Part shown: positions 37,640 through 50,789 of the stretch, piece by piece
Layout: every line of letters begins with the position of its first letter
Numbering within the stretch: the stretch's first letter is position 1
Origin: Chlorokybus atmophyticus
Lineage: Eukaryota > Plantae > Mesostigma and Chlorokybus algae
DNA length: 64,000 nt
Reading direction: 5' to 3'
Assembly: GCA_009103225.1 (NCBI GenBank)
Contig: RHPI01003389.1
Coordinates: forward strand, 536,099-600,098
The notes under the pieces: generated by a model
What the model saw: only the letters and a program-made list of their open reading frames with translations
Told to the model about the DNA's origin: nothing
Database searches by the model: none
Translations under genes and position numbers: made by a program

Positions 37640-38038
37640 ATGGACATCGCCATGCTGCTGGTGGTTTTGGTCCTGGTTGCAACAGTGGCTGCATTAGCAG
37701 CTTCCGCTCTCGGTGTCAATGCGGACCCGCTGTTTGAGCCTATATCCAGGGTGGGGAAATTTATCAGCGTGGCGCTGGTGGGGACGCTCAGCCTGATTAT
37801 ACGAGGCACTGTGGCGCTGTTGGCTGGGTTCATGAATGCCGTCTTGGCTGCTGTGCAGCAAGCAGGAAGCACTGCTGATACCAACAGCAGTAGTAGACCC
37901 AAACACAAGCAACAACAACAGCAGCAGTATGCTCAGCGGCATGCTTCAAGTCCAGCAGGCAGTGTCCAAACGAGCATGCGCAATGCTTCTCGGGTCCAGA
38001 GTGAACCTCTGCTTAAAGGGTGGTGTGTGGTGATGTAG
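37640..38038 (+). CDS. Hypothetical membrane protein (hydrophobic N-terminal half, Q-rich tail); may splice further 3'
   Basis: MDIAMLLVVLVLVATVAALAASALG...FISVALVGTLSLIIRGTVALLAGFMNAVLAAVQQ. No family recognised. Confidence 0.4.
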   Translation: MDIAMLLVVLVLVATVAALAASALGVNADPLFEPISRVGKFISVALVGTLSLIIRGTVALLAGFMNAVLAAVQQAGSTADTNSSSRPKHKQQQQQQYAQRHASSPAGSVQTSMRNASRVQSEPLLKGWCVVM

Positions 38039-38614
38039 GTGTTTGTACAAAAGCTTGGTGTTTGACACAGGAATAGTACTGTGCCCCAGCTCCCTGTGTA
38101 CATACATGTCTAACGGGGGTTGTTGCTGTTGCTTGTGTATTTGTGTTGATGACTGCATGGTATGCCGCTGCAGCAGAGTGTGTATGCATGCCTAACAGCC
38201 CCGCGCATATCCTGTACACTGTATAACTACAATAACTGAACAATGGCCATGCCGTAGGCAGCAACTTGCAGGACCCTGAGAGGTTGGTACATTGAACTGG
38301 CTACGTGCACTGCTGTGCCGCTTCAGATATCTGTGAGGTCATGTCACGTGAGCACTACGCACGCAAGCAGCCCATGCATATGCACTCCCTCGTTTCTAAT
38401 GCAATGCCAGCACAGATATGGCAGGAGACCATGTGCCAGTGACTGCCAGCGTTTGTACACCATGCAATGCCAGGCTTGGGCATGCATCAACAGCATGGCC
38501 GCACACTGCTTCCTAACGTCCAATGAGTCAGCCATGCATGATATGGTATGCATTACAGTGCGCTCCGAGCTTGTTGCTGCAGCCACACCTCAGCCACAGG
38601 CCAAATACCTCATG

Positions 38615-41292
38615 TCAGCTAGCGGATACGTGCATCCTAGGCGTTTGACGCAATTCCAAAATGCTGCTATCACCTGCCTTGGCTAAATGTCGGCCATCGG
38701 CTTCCCTTATCGGGTCGCTTCTCGCAATCGCTTCGTCTTCTGCACCGCTGCTTTCTGGGCTCGACAAGCTTTCTCTGCGCAGCGGCAGCGGCGAGAGCGT
38801 GACAAACTGGCGCGCCCCAACCCGCTGCGGAGCAATGTCTATGCGCGCCAGGTGCTGCACCTGCACATACTCAGGCACAACACAAGCATGGCGTTGTTAT
38901 GATGTTACAATAGTCTGCAGTGTGATTGTGCACGGCATAAGCATGCAACCACAGACGAGAGAGCCAGCTCATGTCCATTCCGCTCCACTTTGGTAACAAT
39001 ACTTGAGCCTTTGGCGCAGACCGCAAGCGCACGCATGCATGTTAGCTGCATGAAAAGATGTCAACATGCCTTGATAGATGGACAAGCATAGCATGGTGCT
39101 GATATGTACCTGCTGCATGACAAGGTCCAGGTGATTTCCACCCTTGTTCTTTTTGTCATCGTCCTTCTTGAACGTGATCACAACCTTTACTTTCATGCCC
39201 TCTTGCAAGAACTTTGCCGCAAGCTTGGCTTGCCGGCGCAGGTCATTCATTGCCTGCAATGATTGATCGCATCATGCGACATGTGACGCTTGATATGCAT
39301 ACAAAAGCCAACATCCGATTGTGCAATCACCACAGATGCTTGACTCAACCGGCCTGCTGTAATGCCGTACCGTCCGTGCGGTGAGGTGCACCTCTTTCAA
39401 CACATCAGCTCGTCTCTTGTCCATCTGCAAGTTGCGCGTGAGACACAAGATCAATACGAACAACCACAACCGTGGCGTTACAAGAAAGCAACTGTGGTGG
39501 GTGAGAGGGAGCAACCAGTGCATTGTGGGGTATGTTGAAGTGGCTGGCTGTATATGCATCATATGTGCCTCTGACTACGCTGAAGTTGCACCTGCTTCTT
39601 TTTGACGTCTTCATTCTTGAGCTTCTGTTCAAATCTGACTTTTGCCCACTTCATTAATTTAACCACGGGAGGGTCTGCATTGGGGTCAACCTGTTTGCAA
39701 ACCACAATACGCGTCACACCGGTGAGGCTGCAAACGTGGTGAAAGCATACTTGAGTGCTGAAAGCGTGAAACACATCTGGTAGCACTGGTTGTAAGTCTT
39801 AAATGACTGAGTGTGAACTAAGGCACTAGGCGCATAATGCAGTGGCGGGCATGGCCGGGAGCAAGGCATGCATATACCATGGCTCACAAGAGGGTAAGTG
39901 CGCTTGCCTCGACGAGATCAAGCTTCGCTTCCTCTGCCAAGCGCAGGGCTTCTGTGCGTGACATGATCTTGTGGCCCCTGTCTGGGAAGGTCACAACACA
40001 TAAGTGTGGGGCAAGGCTGAGGAGTGTCACATTATTACGCAACAACAGGCCAATCCCCTCACCATCATCAAACACGATGCGCAACACCTTTGCAGAAATC
40101 TTCTTGTTGACTTTGCGCTCTGGCTTCTTAACAAGTGACCGCTGCAGCTCGGCATCAGAGGGGTTCTGTCACGCGCAAGGGATCAATGGTGCTGTATGTA
40201 ATTGTGATGTACTGGGTATAAACATGTAATGTACACAACCAGCATGATTGTTGATGCCAATATCACAAAGGCCTTTTTCATTTGCGTTACTGGACCAATC
40301 TCAACAAGTAGTCTCAAGCCAAAAGGACCCTTGTTCTTGGCTCATACGCAAGTGACCGTAATGCCAAGAGAGCAACAGCGAGCATGTGTAATGACAGCAC
40401 TAATCGACACTGTGTGGTATTCACAGATGCCTGCAGAGTTGGAACGCCACTGATGAGGTCGCAACAACAAGGGTGGTGTCGACACGGACCTACATGAACT
40501 GACTGAAGTTTAGTCTGCTATGAGAACTGAACATGGTTGAACGTAGATGCCTTTTGATGCAACAACGCAGGGAAGTGCTTACCAACGTCATTTCCAAAAA
40601 GTGCTGTCAAGTATACTGTTTGATCAGGTGATGCAGGGAACTATGCCGTGCCCAAGCAATTGTACATCTGTAATTGAGTGAAAAGCGCACCACAATATGA
40701 TTCAGAAATGCAACCACACTGATAGGCACGTGAATGTGTCCGTTGTGCAGTGGATTAACACAGCGCAGTATACGTAAATGATGGCCGCCATGCCGCAAAT
40801 CGACGTACAATTGGTTGCAATGACACTGAGTTATGTTGAACAAGAGCTGTGTAACTATAGCTTGTAACAAAAGCTTTGCTCACACTCAGCCTACCAAGCA
40901 TGCTGGCTAGCATATTGGTTCAGCAAATGTTTGTGCTGGCAGCTGAAGGAAAGATTATGTATGTAACTTGCTTGCATGTGGCTGCAGCGCACCTTTTTGC
41001 TGCGCTTGAACTGAATTGGTATGGACAGGTGCCTAAAGCTCCCCCCAGGCCAATACCCTCCTTGCCGTAAGCTGCTCAATGGATAAAGCAACCCTCCTGT
41101 TGCGGCTCCAGCTGGGAGCCTGCTGCTCGCCGTCCAGCCGCCGGACCTCGACGCGGAGGCTGCCGCCGACGAGAAGAAGGAGGAGGAGAAGGGTGAGGAC
41201 AACCACAAGGCGGGTGCAGTCGGCGCCGAGCCGCGCAGCAACCTGCTGCACCTTGCCCGCCTAAGAAGGCCCACGCCCGCCCGCCCCAGCAT
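38615..41292 (-). CDS. infC: Organellar (probably mitochondrial) translation initiation factor IF3
   Basis: Arg/Ser/Ala-rich presequence MLGRAGVGLLRRARCSRLL. IF3-N: VNKKISAKVLRIVFDD...IMSRTEALRLAEEAKLDLV...VDPNADPPVVKLMKWAKVRFEQK. IF3-C: LKEVHLTART...NDLRRQAKLAAKFLQEGMKVKVVITFK. Confidence 0.88.
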
Positions 41293-42599
41293 CTCACGCT
41301 GGAGGGGCTGACGGTGGAGTGAGCGTATAGGGGACGTGGACCGAGTGCGAGTGCTTGGGGAGAGAGTTGATGTGAAGCAGTGTATGAATGCAGCAGTTGC
41401 AACTGTTGCATGCACCCAGACCAAATGGATTGTACATGTTTCGTGAATGGCAGATGTATGACAGATGCGTCTCACTTTCATACACCTACTGATGTGGGCC
41501 CAATTGATGTGCAAGCATTGGGCCCAATGCTTGCACACGTGGAGAGGCACATGGCGACAACAAGGTTAGTCGTTGTCAGGTGCCACTTCTTCAGAACATG
41601 TTTCAAAGATACAATGTACTTCAATGGGCACAGGGTTCGTGTTCACAATCACGCATACCCATACATTTCCCACAAGTCACGCAATCACTCATTCAACAAG
41701 TGCATCACAACATTGCTAGGCCACATCCTCCACTAACAAGTTCGCTGCAGGCAATAATATGATAAATAACATGGCAAATGACACGTGATATATGTATGTC
41801 ACATAGTAGCGCATATAACATATGATTCATGTATACATATGTATGTGCACACTTTAGCCTTACAAATTTTTACTCTTTTACATGAAAGTGTGCGTGTGTG
41901 TGCTGCCATTGGCTAACGGCTGTGTTTGTGAGTTGCAAGTGGTTAGGGTGTTCCTGCTTCTTAACATTAACGAATGAGTCATCATCGTTGTTGCCAATCA
42001 AAAACAATTGCACGTCGGATGTGCACTCGTATGCATAAGCACTGAGGTGTTGATTGTGGCAGTGGTTAAGCGCCGGTATACTCAGTAGAATTTGTTCAAA
42101 CAACACCTGAGTGCGTTCGTGCTTTATTTTATGCATATACGCTATAATTATAACAGTCAGTAATCATACTACTTCAACACGTGTTGACGAGGATTAATGG
42201 GCGAAATGACGAGCCAGCTAGCATGCTCACATGCATCTCTAGTCAAAGGCTATCTAATTAAAAGAATCTCTCAGAATTAATTTGATCAAAATAAGTGAAA
42301 AAGTGACAATAATTAATTTACAAATGATATGATCATAACTGTTAAGAAAAGTAGGAGCTACCACCTGCAGCGTGGTAGGATAATCTGTCAAAAGTTTAAT
42401 AGCGCCGTCGATATTGTATGACCGTTTCCCGTTAAAAAAGCAAATTCATCTGATACTTGGTGTTTAGTTTTAAGAATGAAAACGGGGTATTCGTGTTTCA
42501 GCTGTAAGTGGGCGATCTTGATTAGTTAAAAGACACCTCGTCGCCGAACATGCACAGGCTGGCCACCACATTGGTCCCCCCAAACACAGCATGGTCAAT

Positions 42600-44300
42600 C
42601 GGTCAATTGGTTCAATTAATTACCAAACGTTGCAAACTTTGCACGGTGACAAGGGTTTGAGAGACTGACGGGTGCCTGACCCTGCCTGACCCTACCTGAC
42701 GTAACGGATTGGTCCATAAAGGGACTTTTTAGAACGGCCGTTACTATTAAGCAACATATACCGGCAAGCGGTCGACCGATAAGTACAATCGACGGCGGCC
42801 TGCCTGTGACGGCAACACCGCACATTAAGGTGACGGCCGATTGTCGGTCGTCCCATTTGCGCGATGGTGACCTATCTGTAAAGCAGATAAGTCACGTTTT
42901 GGTCACATACAGTGACGGCCGACCGTCGGTCGTACCCTGACCGTCAAAAAATATGCGCGACGGCCTGCCTATTTTGGCAAGCCAGTCACCGTTAATCCCT
43001 ATCAGGTGACCTTATCGCGTTTATGAAATGACGGCGGATCGCCGGTCGTGCACTTAACGCGGCGGCGACCTACTCATTGTGCGCAAAGTATGATAAGCAA
43101 GTGACCGCCGGTCCATAAAGGTCGGCAAGCCGGGACGGTGGTACCGGCCGGCAAGTCGAGACGCTAGTACAATGCAGCCGCCGTACTATGTCAATGGTAC
43201 GAACAGTGCCATTGTCGCAATGGCACAAGCGTATCATTAGTATGGTACGCTAGTGCCATTGCGACAATGGTACTTTCGTACCATTATAATAGTACAATAC
43301 GAAATGCCGTTGCGAGTCACATTTTGACAACGCGTTTGAGTAACATGGGCTGCCCAAGTTATTCAAACGCTCAACGGCTTCAAGTTGAACAGAGTGTTGT
43401 GGGCGGCGGCGGCAACAGCTAACGGTAGGTGAGCTTGGTTGCTGTCTGACGTTGTACTACACGCAACTCCGCATGCCATCTAACCATCCTCCTTGCGTTA
43501 GGGCGGCCAGGCCAGGCCAGGCCAGGCTAGGCTAGGCCAGGCCAGGCTAGGCCAGACCAGGCCAGGCGGCGGCAGCGGCGGCGGTAAAGGAACGGCGGCG
43601 GAGCGGGAGCGGGCGGTGCAGGAGCCGCAGCTCAGTACAAGGGTAGTACTAGCAGTAGTACCTAAGGTAGTAGTAGCAGTCGTGGTAGTGGTAGCAGTAG
43701 TGGTAGTCTAGTTGTACTTGCATTTGTAGTAGTAGCTCAGTATATTACATTGTAATTTATTTATTTTTTTGTTTTTTATTATTTGTGACGCATTCTTGCA
43801 CAGCTGATAACGACAATCACGTGTGACACCTAATCATAATTAAGCGGTACCAGCAGGTACCTTTGAAGGTACACATCATTAACGTGAGGTACCTTAAGGT
43901 ACCTCACAATTTCGCTTAGTTAGCGTGCAGTCGCCGGTACCTAATTGATAGGTACCGGTCAGCAACCTGCTAGTTAGGTCAAGTCCCCTTTGCTTAACTG
44001 TTGAGTACCTGACAGGTACCTATTAATTAGGGTCAGTCCCTTCATGCAGACGGCCGCCAACTAATGGTGACGGCCGTTATGCTCAGGTCCCTGTATCGAC
44101 ATTGCCGGTAGACTGAAGGTCGACAGTCTAAATGAGTATCCTCAGGTGCACGGCCGTTGCCAATGTTCAGTGGTCGGCCGGCAGGGGAAACATTTTGCGA
44201 CGAACCCGGTCGCACAACAAGGCGCTTATCTTGACGTACCATGACACGAATAAACACGCTGGCTATATGGCTATATCATATAGCCATGATGGAATGAGGC
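42600..44300. repeat. Non-coding, motif-dense region resembling a DNA-transposon subterminal region
   Basis: Repeated GACGGCC/GGTCG motifs (42740-43150, 44050-44200), about 8 GGTACC palindromes (43845-44020), a (GGCYA)n pentamer run (43505-43565) and GTAGTA-type repeats. No credible ORF. Confidence 0.45.
43193..43285. repeat. Near-perfect 93-bp hairpin with nested palindromes
   Basis: AATGGTACGAACAGTGCCATTGTCGCAATGGCACAAGCGTATCAT-TAGT-ATGGTACGCTAGTGCCATTGCGACAATGGTACTTTCGTACCATT. Arms are ~44 bp with a few mismatches. Confidence 0.85.
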
Positions 44301-46020
44301 ATATATGAGACATGTGGCTCCCCCTATGGCAGCAACTTTTGCTGCCGTAGCTTAGTGGTTAAGGCGCCGATGTTACATTGCCTAACTGGAACCAGGACAA
44401 GATGGATGCAAAAGAGCTTGCATGCTGTCATGCCTATATGGCGGGTGAAAGTCACTCTTTATATACCTACTTTAATCGAAAGATGTGGCTGTCGAATTAC
44501 CCAATGTGGACTTATCACGTACCAAGCGCTGTACTGCTTGGTACACTTAAGTCTTACAAACACGTCTCCGTATTTTGAGCCTGAGAATGTTTGAACACTA
44601 CTTCACAAGGCGTTGCTGAGGCTTACGCAGAGCTGAAAAATGCCTGAGGTGATGTGAACCCAAAGTACTACGAGTTGCCATATGATGTGCCAGCCTTTCG
44701 TATAGTGAGCAACGATGGCAAACCGCAGGATGGCTTGCGGATTGCTATTGATGCGACAGTTTTAGCCAGTAGTAGCTTAGCAAATAACAAGTGCATGTGT
44801 ACTTAACATTAGGCTAGCAGCTGTGCTCTTTTAAGTGCTTGTACTTGTTTATAGGAGTATTGAAAGTTGACCTTGAGGGCCATGAGATTGTGGAAAAAAT
44901 GACGTTTTGTGCAACATGTCATATCAAAATGGGCAAAAACAATAAAGGGCCACTTCACAAAATTGGTGTTTCGGTTATATAAAAAAACAATATGGACACG
45001 ATTATTAATCACATACTCATATCATACGAGTGTGTTCTTGTTGACATTCGAGTCGTATGTCAATTAGCTTGACGAATGTTTTTCACAACTCTACACATCA
45101 CAAAGAATGCTCTATTATGAGGGTGTTGTTGTTGCCTACTGGTAAAGTACATGTTTGAGTATAGATACTGGCTAGCCTAGTGTTAAGGATTGTGAGACCT
45201 AACATGTTAAATACATCATCTCAAGGTTGATACTCCCGAGTTTGATAATCCCTATGTAGCGAATATTAGCATGTGCGTGTGACAATTTCACAATTACTTA
45301 CTTGCTGGTCGGCTTGGCAAACATATGCACAAGCACAAGGACTTACTATACCTCGTGAATGGAAGTCCCACCAGCCACCATCAGTGCAGCTCTTCGCTTG
45401 AAAGTCACCGCACCACAAGGAGAGGACGCCCACCTCAGCAACACCTTCTTACACGCTAAGTCACTTGGCATGAGTAGTGCTTACACACACATGCACATAA
45501 GGTGGCGCACACATGCGCATACACACTAGCACACCCCACAAGGGATGAGAGGGAGAGCCCCTTCAACAGCTACCAGCCAGGCACCTCACGCACAAGGGGT
45601 GTCTCACGAGTAGAGGGGACAGAGCGTGGACGGGTTGTTGGCTCCAGCACGTAGCATATGAGCAAACTTGCAAACAAGTGCTACTTGCTTGTTGGCTGAC
45701 AACTTTTGTTTGTGTCAAAACTTTGCCAACACAAGACCTATATTATTTCGAATCAGCTCTTAATATGCATATGGCGCAACAACACGCGACGCTTGATAAA
45801 ATGTTTCGCTTACTTGATAAAATGTTTCCAACAAGCACGAGTTGTTATCTCTTGACATTGCAATCTATTGTACAAACAACTGCTATGTTGGCGTGTGTCA
45901 CCTACTAAGCTGTTTACGACGTCTACAACACATCTAAACACATTTCGTGACACTTGTCTTAAATGACAAATACGGACTCCTTCATCTTCTTCCATGTGGT
46001 TCGTGATGACTCGCTTTGCT

Positions 46021-48803
46021 CTACTCATTGTTCACGGCGCTCTCTTTCCATCGCAATCGTGCAACACACCTCCGCAAGTCTACTGATATTCTGACAGCTT
46101 TATACGGATGCGGTGGCAGAAAGTAAAGATATCTTCTGAGACACTCTTGTGCTGTAACAATTGAGTCATTGACTCTGCGGTAGTAGGCGTCAGTTATATA
46201 TATTGTGTCTGCAGGTATGATGACGCCGTAAGCGTCTGGGCGCATCGCCGATCCCACGTTCCGTGTGGCTTGTTTTGCATTCTGAAGAACCCAGTATGGC
46301 GCAAAGTCTTCATATTCGGCGAGGTCTTGTCCGCGGCGACTATAAAGGTTTCGCTAACGCAAATTGACAAAGCCAGCGCTTCTTGGTTTTATGGGAGAAG
46401 CTGCACAAGCACGCACTATTAGCCAATGCACCAAAACTCAAGGTATAGGCTATATTTACATTTTGTTCGACGTCTTCAGCGACCCCTTCAAATGCAATCA
46501 GCTTTTGCCGTCTCCAAATTGGCACATGTGATCGTTTGAGGCAGTGCGTGTAATCTTCATCATCTAGACAGTTGGCGCAAAAACAGGATAACTTTTAAGA
46601 AGTGAAGCGGTCGACTTCTCCTGTGCTTGTGACGCATTGAAACTGTTGCATGCCCGGCACTGAGCAATATGAGCGACCAACTTCACAATGGTCTACCTCT
46701 TCAAGCTCCACGAGATGCACAAAACTCTTTTTATTTTAAACATGTTCTTTGCGAGATGCATACGAGGACTCGGCACCTCTGTTGTACATTACTTTCGCAA
46801 ATCGCACGATGGTTGCTGCATTGAAAATCTCAACACCTTGTTCGCTGGCTCGATCTATATGCCGCTTATATGTTCCTCCCTGCCCATCATGTTCACCCTT
46901 GCCGTGTTAAGGACATGGGTAATGCCAGTCCATCTTGATGGTGTGCAAATTGTCTTCATCCATGTTGTCAGAATGCACACGTGCTGCTGGTGTGCTGTAT
47001 TGCGCCACTTGAGCAAAGTAATTGGCGCATTTGTATTGCACAGCACAGGTATCGCTCTAACTGACCACCTTCTGCACACTGATGTCTCGTTGCTTATAGT
47101 CATTGAGTAATCGCTTTATGCAATGATGCTCAAAAAAGCTATCCTTTTCAAGATCATTGGAGATCCAGAATGCACCTGCGAGGGATTGAAAGCAAGGACA
47201 CGTTCAACTCAAGTTAACCAGTTGGCAAACTCTTGACAACATAAGCCTTAATTTACCTTTTTGATGCGTACGGGTTCATCTTCGCTCGATGTCACTCCGT
47301 CAATGTGTTGCTGAGCGTGACGCCAGATTATTTGCACCATGATCACCACCGATTTGCTGGCAAAGTGTTGTTGCATCAACTCGTGGTTAGGCTTGAATGC
47401 GTAGTCCTCTACAAAATCGCTGATACTGATGACCGTATTTTTTCCAAAAGTTTGCAAATACTGCCTCTGCTGCTTTCCTTGCCACTGCAACAAGAACGAG
47501 TGTAGCTTGAAGCCTTCAAGCTGTCGTTGGAGTTTGGTGATGAATTTGACAAAGGTCATGGTCTGCTCGAGAAAGTCCACCCTTGCGTACTCACGAACTT
47601 CGCCGTTTTCTCCCTTGCTTGGTTGCATGCTTTTAACGCAGAGCCTCGGCTACAGCATTTGCTGTTTGTCTGCAAGTTTTTTTTGGTCAGGTGGAAAATG
47701 TGATCCAATCGCAATGAGGACAGTCTCCTGTTATGCAAAGATGGTTGGTATACAGACTGTCGCTTTTTTTGTCGCAAGATGTGAAAACTACCAGCCTTGT
47801 GCCTTAAGTATCTGATGAAGGTGAGTTTAGTAGCTGACATCTGGTGTACAGCTTGCATCTACATTTGTGTCGGCATGTGCAATCCTTCTTGACCTGAACA
47901 AAACAAAGCATAAGATAATACTTTTAATCAGTGAACTACGTCACAGGGAGGCTTGCGGCGTACCTGACATACACTGCATCTGCAGTTGGCGTGCTTCTTT
48001 TTTCGAAATTGAGACAGCGCCATGACAAGCTCTTTCACCTCTGTATGTTGCGAGCATACGCATACATGCCGAACATCTCGTCCACCCACATAGTAGGGCT
48101 TTAATCTTTCAAATATACGTTGATGCACGATTATATCAAGATTTTCCGCGCGAAACTATAGTTATAAAGCCGTTTGTGTAGTGCCCTCCACAAAGCGTTT
48201 GGTAATAAACTCTCCATGATGCCGTTGTCCATTCGCGTCGCGGAGCAGTCTCTTGTCACGTTTGCATGCTGACTCTCTGGTGTTGCAAGTTCAAGACTCT
48301 TCTATATGTTGCCTTATAGGTAGCGTCACTGTGTCTTTGCGCATCTGTCGCTTTCGGGTACTCCAATCATTTTGTAGTTAACTAGTTGTTAAAATCGCTT
48401 ACGACGATGTTTAGTACGGATGCTATATCTAATACGCGTCTTTTGTCTTTGTCAGCTAGCGTTGATCTAGCTGCTTTTAATAGAACGTTTTTAGCTGTTA
48501 TATAGGCGTTATAGTGAGCGTTCTTGACGTTGCTGTAGGCGCTGACTTGAACATGGCAGCGATGGTCTTGGTCTCTGCATACGCTTTGCTAACGATCCCC
48601 AAATCTTCATCTTGAGCAACTGCAGCTGCATGACCGAGATCCTTGATTGGTTTCTTAAGCACATCAGCTTTGTATGTGTCATCCTCATAAGAGTGTTTCT
48701 GGAGAATTGCGTGGATTGCAGCAAAGGTATGCTTGATTCTGTTTTCTTTTGCTCTCTGGCGTACGGCTTGAGACTGCGATTTCTTATTCACCAACCTGCG
48801 CAT
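46021..48803 (-). pseudogene. DDD-type cut-and-paste transposase relic, tentatively Sola2-like
   Basis: RKRQMRKDTV...FERLKPYYV...RHVCVCSQH (N-terminal Cys/His cluster), SDFVEDYAF (47401-47418), *SDTCAVQYK (47030-47059) and *HGKGEHDGQGG (46874-46909). Multiple in-frame stops. The superfamily call is from recalled motif patterns only. Confidence 0.75.
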
Positions 48804-49702
48804 GGTTGTATGTGCTTATAAGCTCTGTAATACATATTAACAAGTACACCACAATGAGAAGTACATCATAATGCCACCGCTAGACCTCAACTGTTGGCAA
48901 AACTTTGACATCACAACCTAAGTGTACAGGCACTATGCCGCAGCTAAACAAGTGTAGTGTAGGATTAATGCATGCAGTCACACATATGATGCATTACATG
49001 CGTATGCAAAAATATGGTCAACTTATTGTGCTGGAACACCAAGTCAAGCAAAGAGAACAAGCGCAAACGCGAAGCCGCTAGCGGCAACACCAAGGACAAC
49101 CAGAAGAAGAGAGAACTTCGGCGCATAGTTGCATTGCTAACTGGCTGCTTGTATGCTCTGTTGCCAATCTACCCTACTAGTTTTATGTCCTATTATACCT
49201 GCTGGTACAGTGTTGCCAACCAATAGTTGCACCTGTGCTTTGTGCAAAATTGTGTTGGCAAAATCTACCAACACGCCCTCGCACAAGTGCTTGTCAAACA
49301 CCAATTTGCTAGTCGTGTGCCTGTTTATTGGTGACGTTTTGCCAACAAGTTCAAGCTCTGCTCTCATGTTGGCAAATGTTTGCCAACAAGCAAGCACAGT
49401 TGTGTTGCACGGTCACCAAGTAGTCACTACTTGTTCTCTCAACATCCAAGGCTGTCATCTTCTCAGTCTTGTTTGCTTGTGCAGCTTGCAATGTATAGCT
49501 TGTCTCACGGCAGTACTTGCAAGTAATCAGCTCGTGCACTTCAACCAGATTCAATCCCGGAAGACACTGTATATTAATAAACTCAAGCAGCAGACGCTGC
49601 TGAGGCACATCAAGAGCAGGTTGAGTTTGACAATGATGACAATAACTAAAATAATGACAACTAAGGCGAGAACGAGTCTGACGCAGAAACCCACGACTGT
49701 AA

Positions 49703-49963
<261 letters not shown>

Positions 49964-50789
49964 TACACTCAATNACGTGAAGCTTACAGCTGTGCTTGTT
50001 CCAGGGTTGACCATTAAAATTGAGACAGGCAAGGGATGGAAGAAAGCTGCTGGTTGTGAAGATTTGCGCGATCTCTTCGAAGACTCTGTTGTGAAACCAC
50101 ATGTAGCAAAATGGGAAGTCAAGAAAGTGAAGAAAAACAAAGATGACCTTCTGCGCTATATGCTGACAACTACACAAGACAGTGCCAAACAAGCAAGTCA
50201 GGTAGATTATGTCTATCTTGATGATGCTCAACAAATAGTATTATGATGTAACAACACTAACACTGCCTGTGTTGTAGGAGGACGTCAAGTATAGAGTACC
50301 GTTTGATATAGGCTTGGGCCTTACTAAACTTCAAAGACCTTAGAGTGTTGGTCAATCCTACAAGCAGCGTAGGCTCTGCCGACCAGCATCTACTCACTAA
50401 AAATGCATACCTGTTTGATCTGCTTGTAAACAGAGCGCATTAGACGCTTGTTTTAGGTAAAAGGCAGAAAATGGTCAGCTTGGACGAACTGGATGACCTT
50501 GTTGACATGCTGGTCAAAGATGTTAAGAAGCCAAGCTATCCAGCATCGCTTATCAACTTATACCAGTGTTTGTGAGGTATGACTGTTACAGCATGTTCTT
50601 CTGCATGTGTGCAAATTGCGGAACATATGTTTGTATCAGCTCTTAGCGCCAAGTCAGTAGCGTTGGGAGCTACGCTGCCGCAGATATCTCCCAAAAAGCG
50701 AAGCAAGCAAGCCATAACTTTGTCCATTCCAGCAAACACAGCTGGCACCACAAATAAACATGCATGCATACAGCTTATGGCATCTGCTC

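Noticed and set aside
44340-44400. tRNA-like A box (TAGCTTAGTGGTTAAGGCG)
   Set aside because: No B box or cloverleaf follows; at most a decayed fragment.
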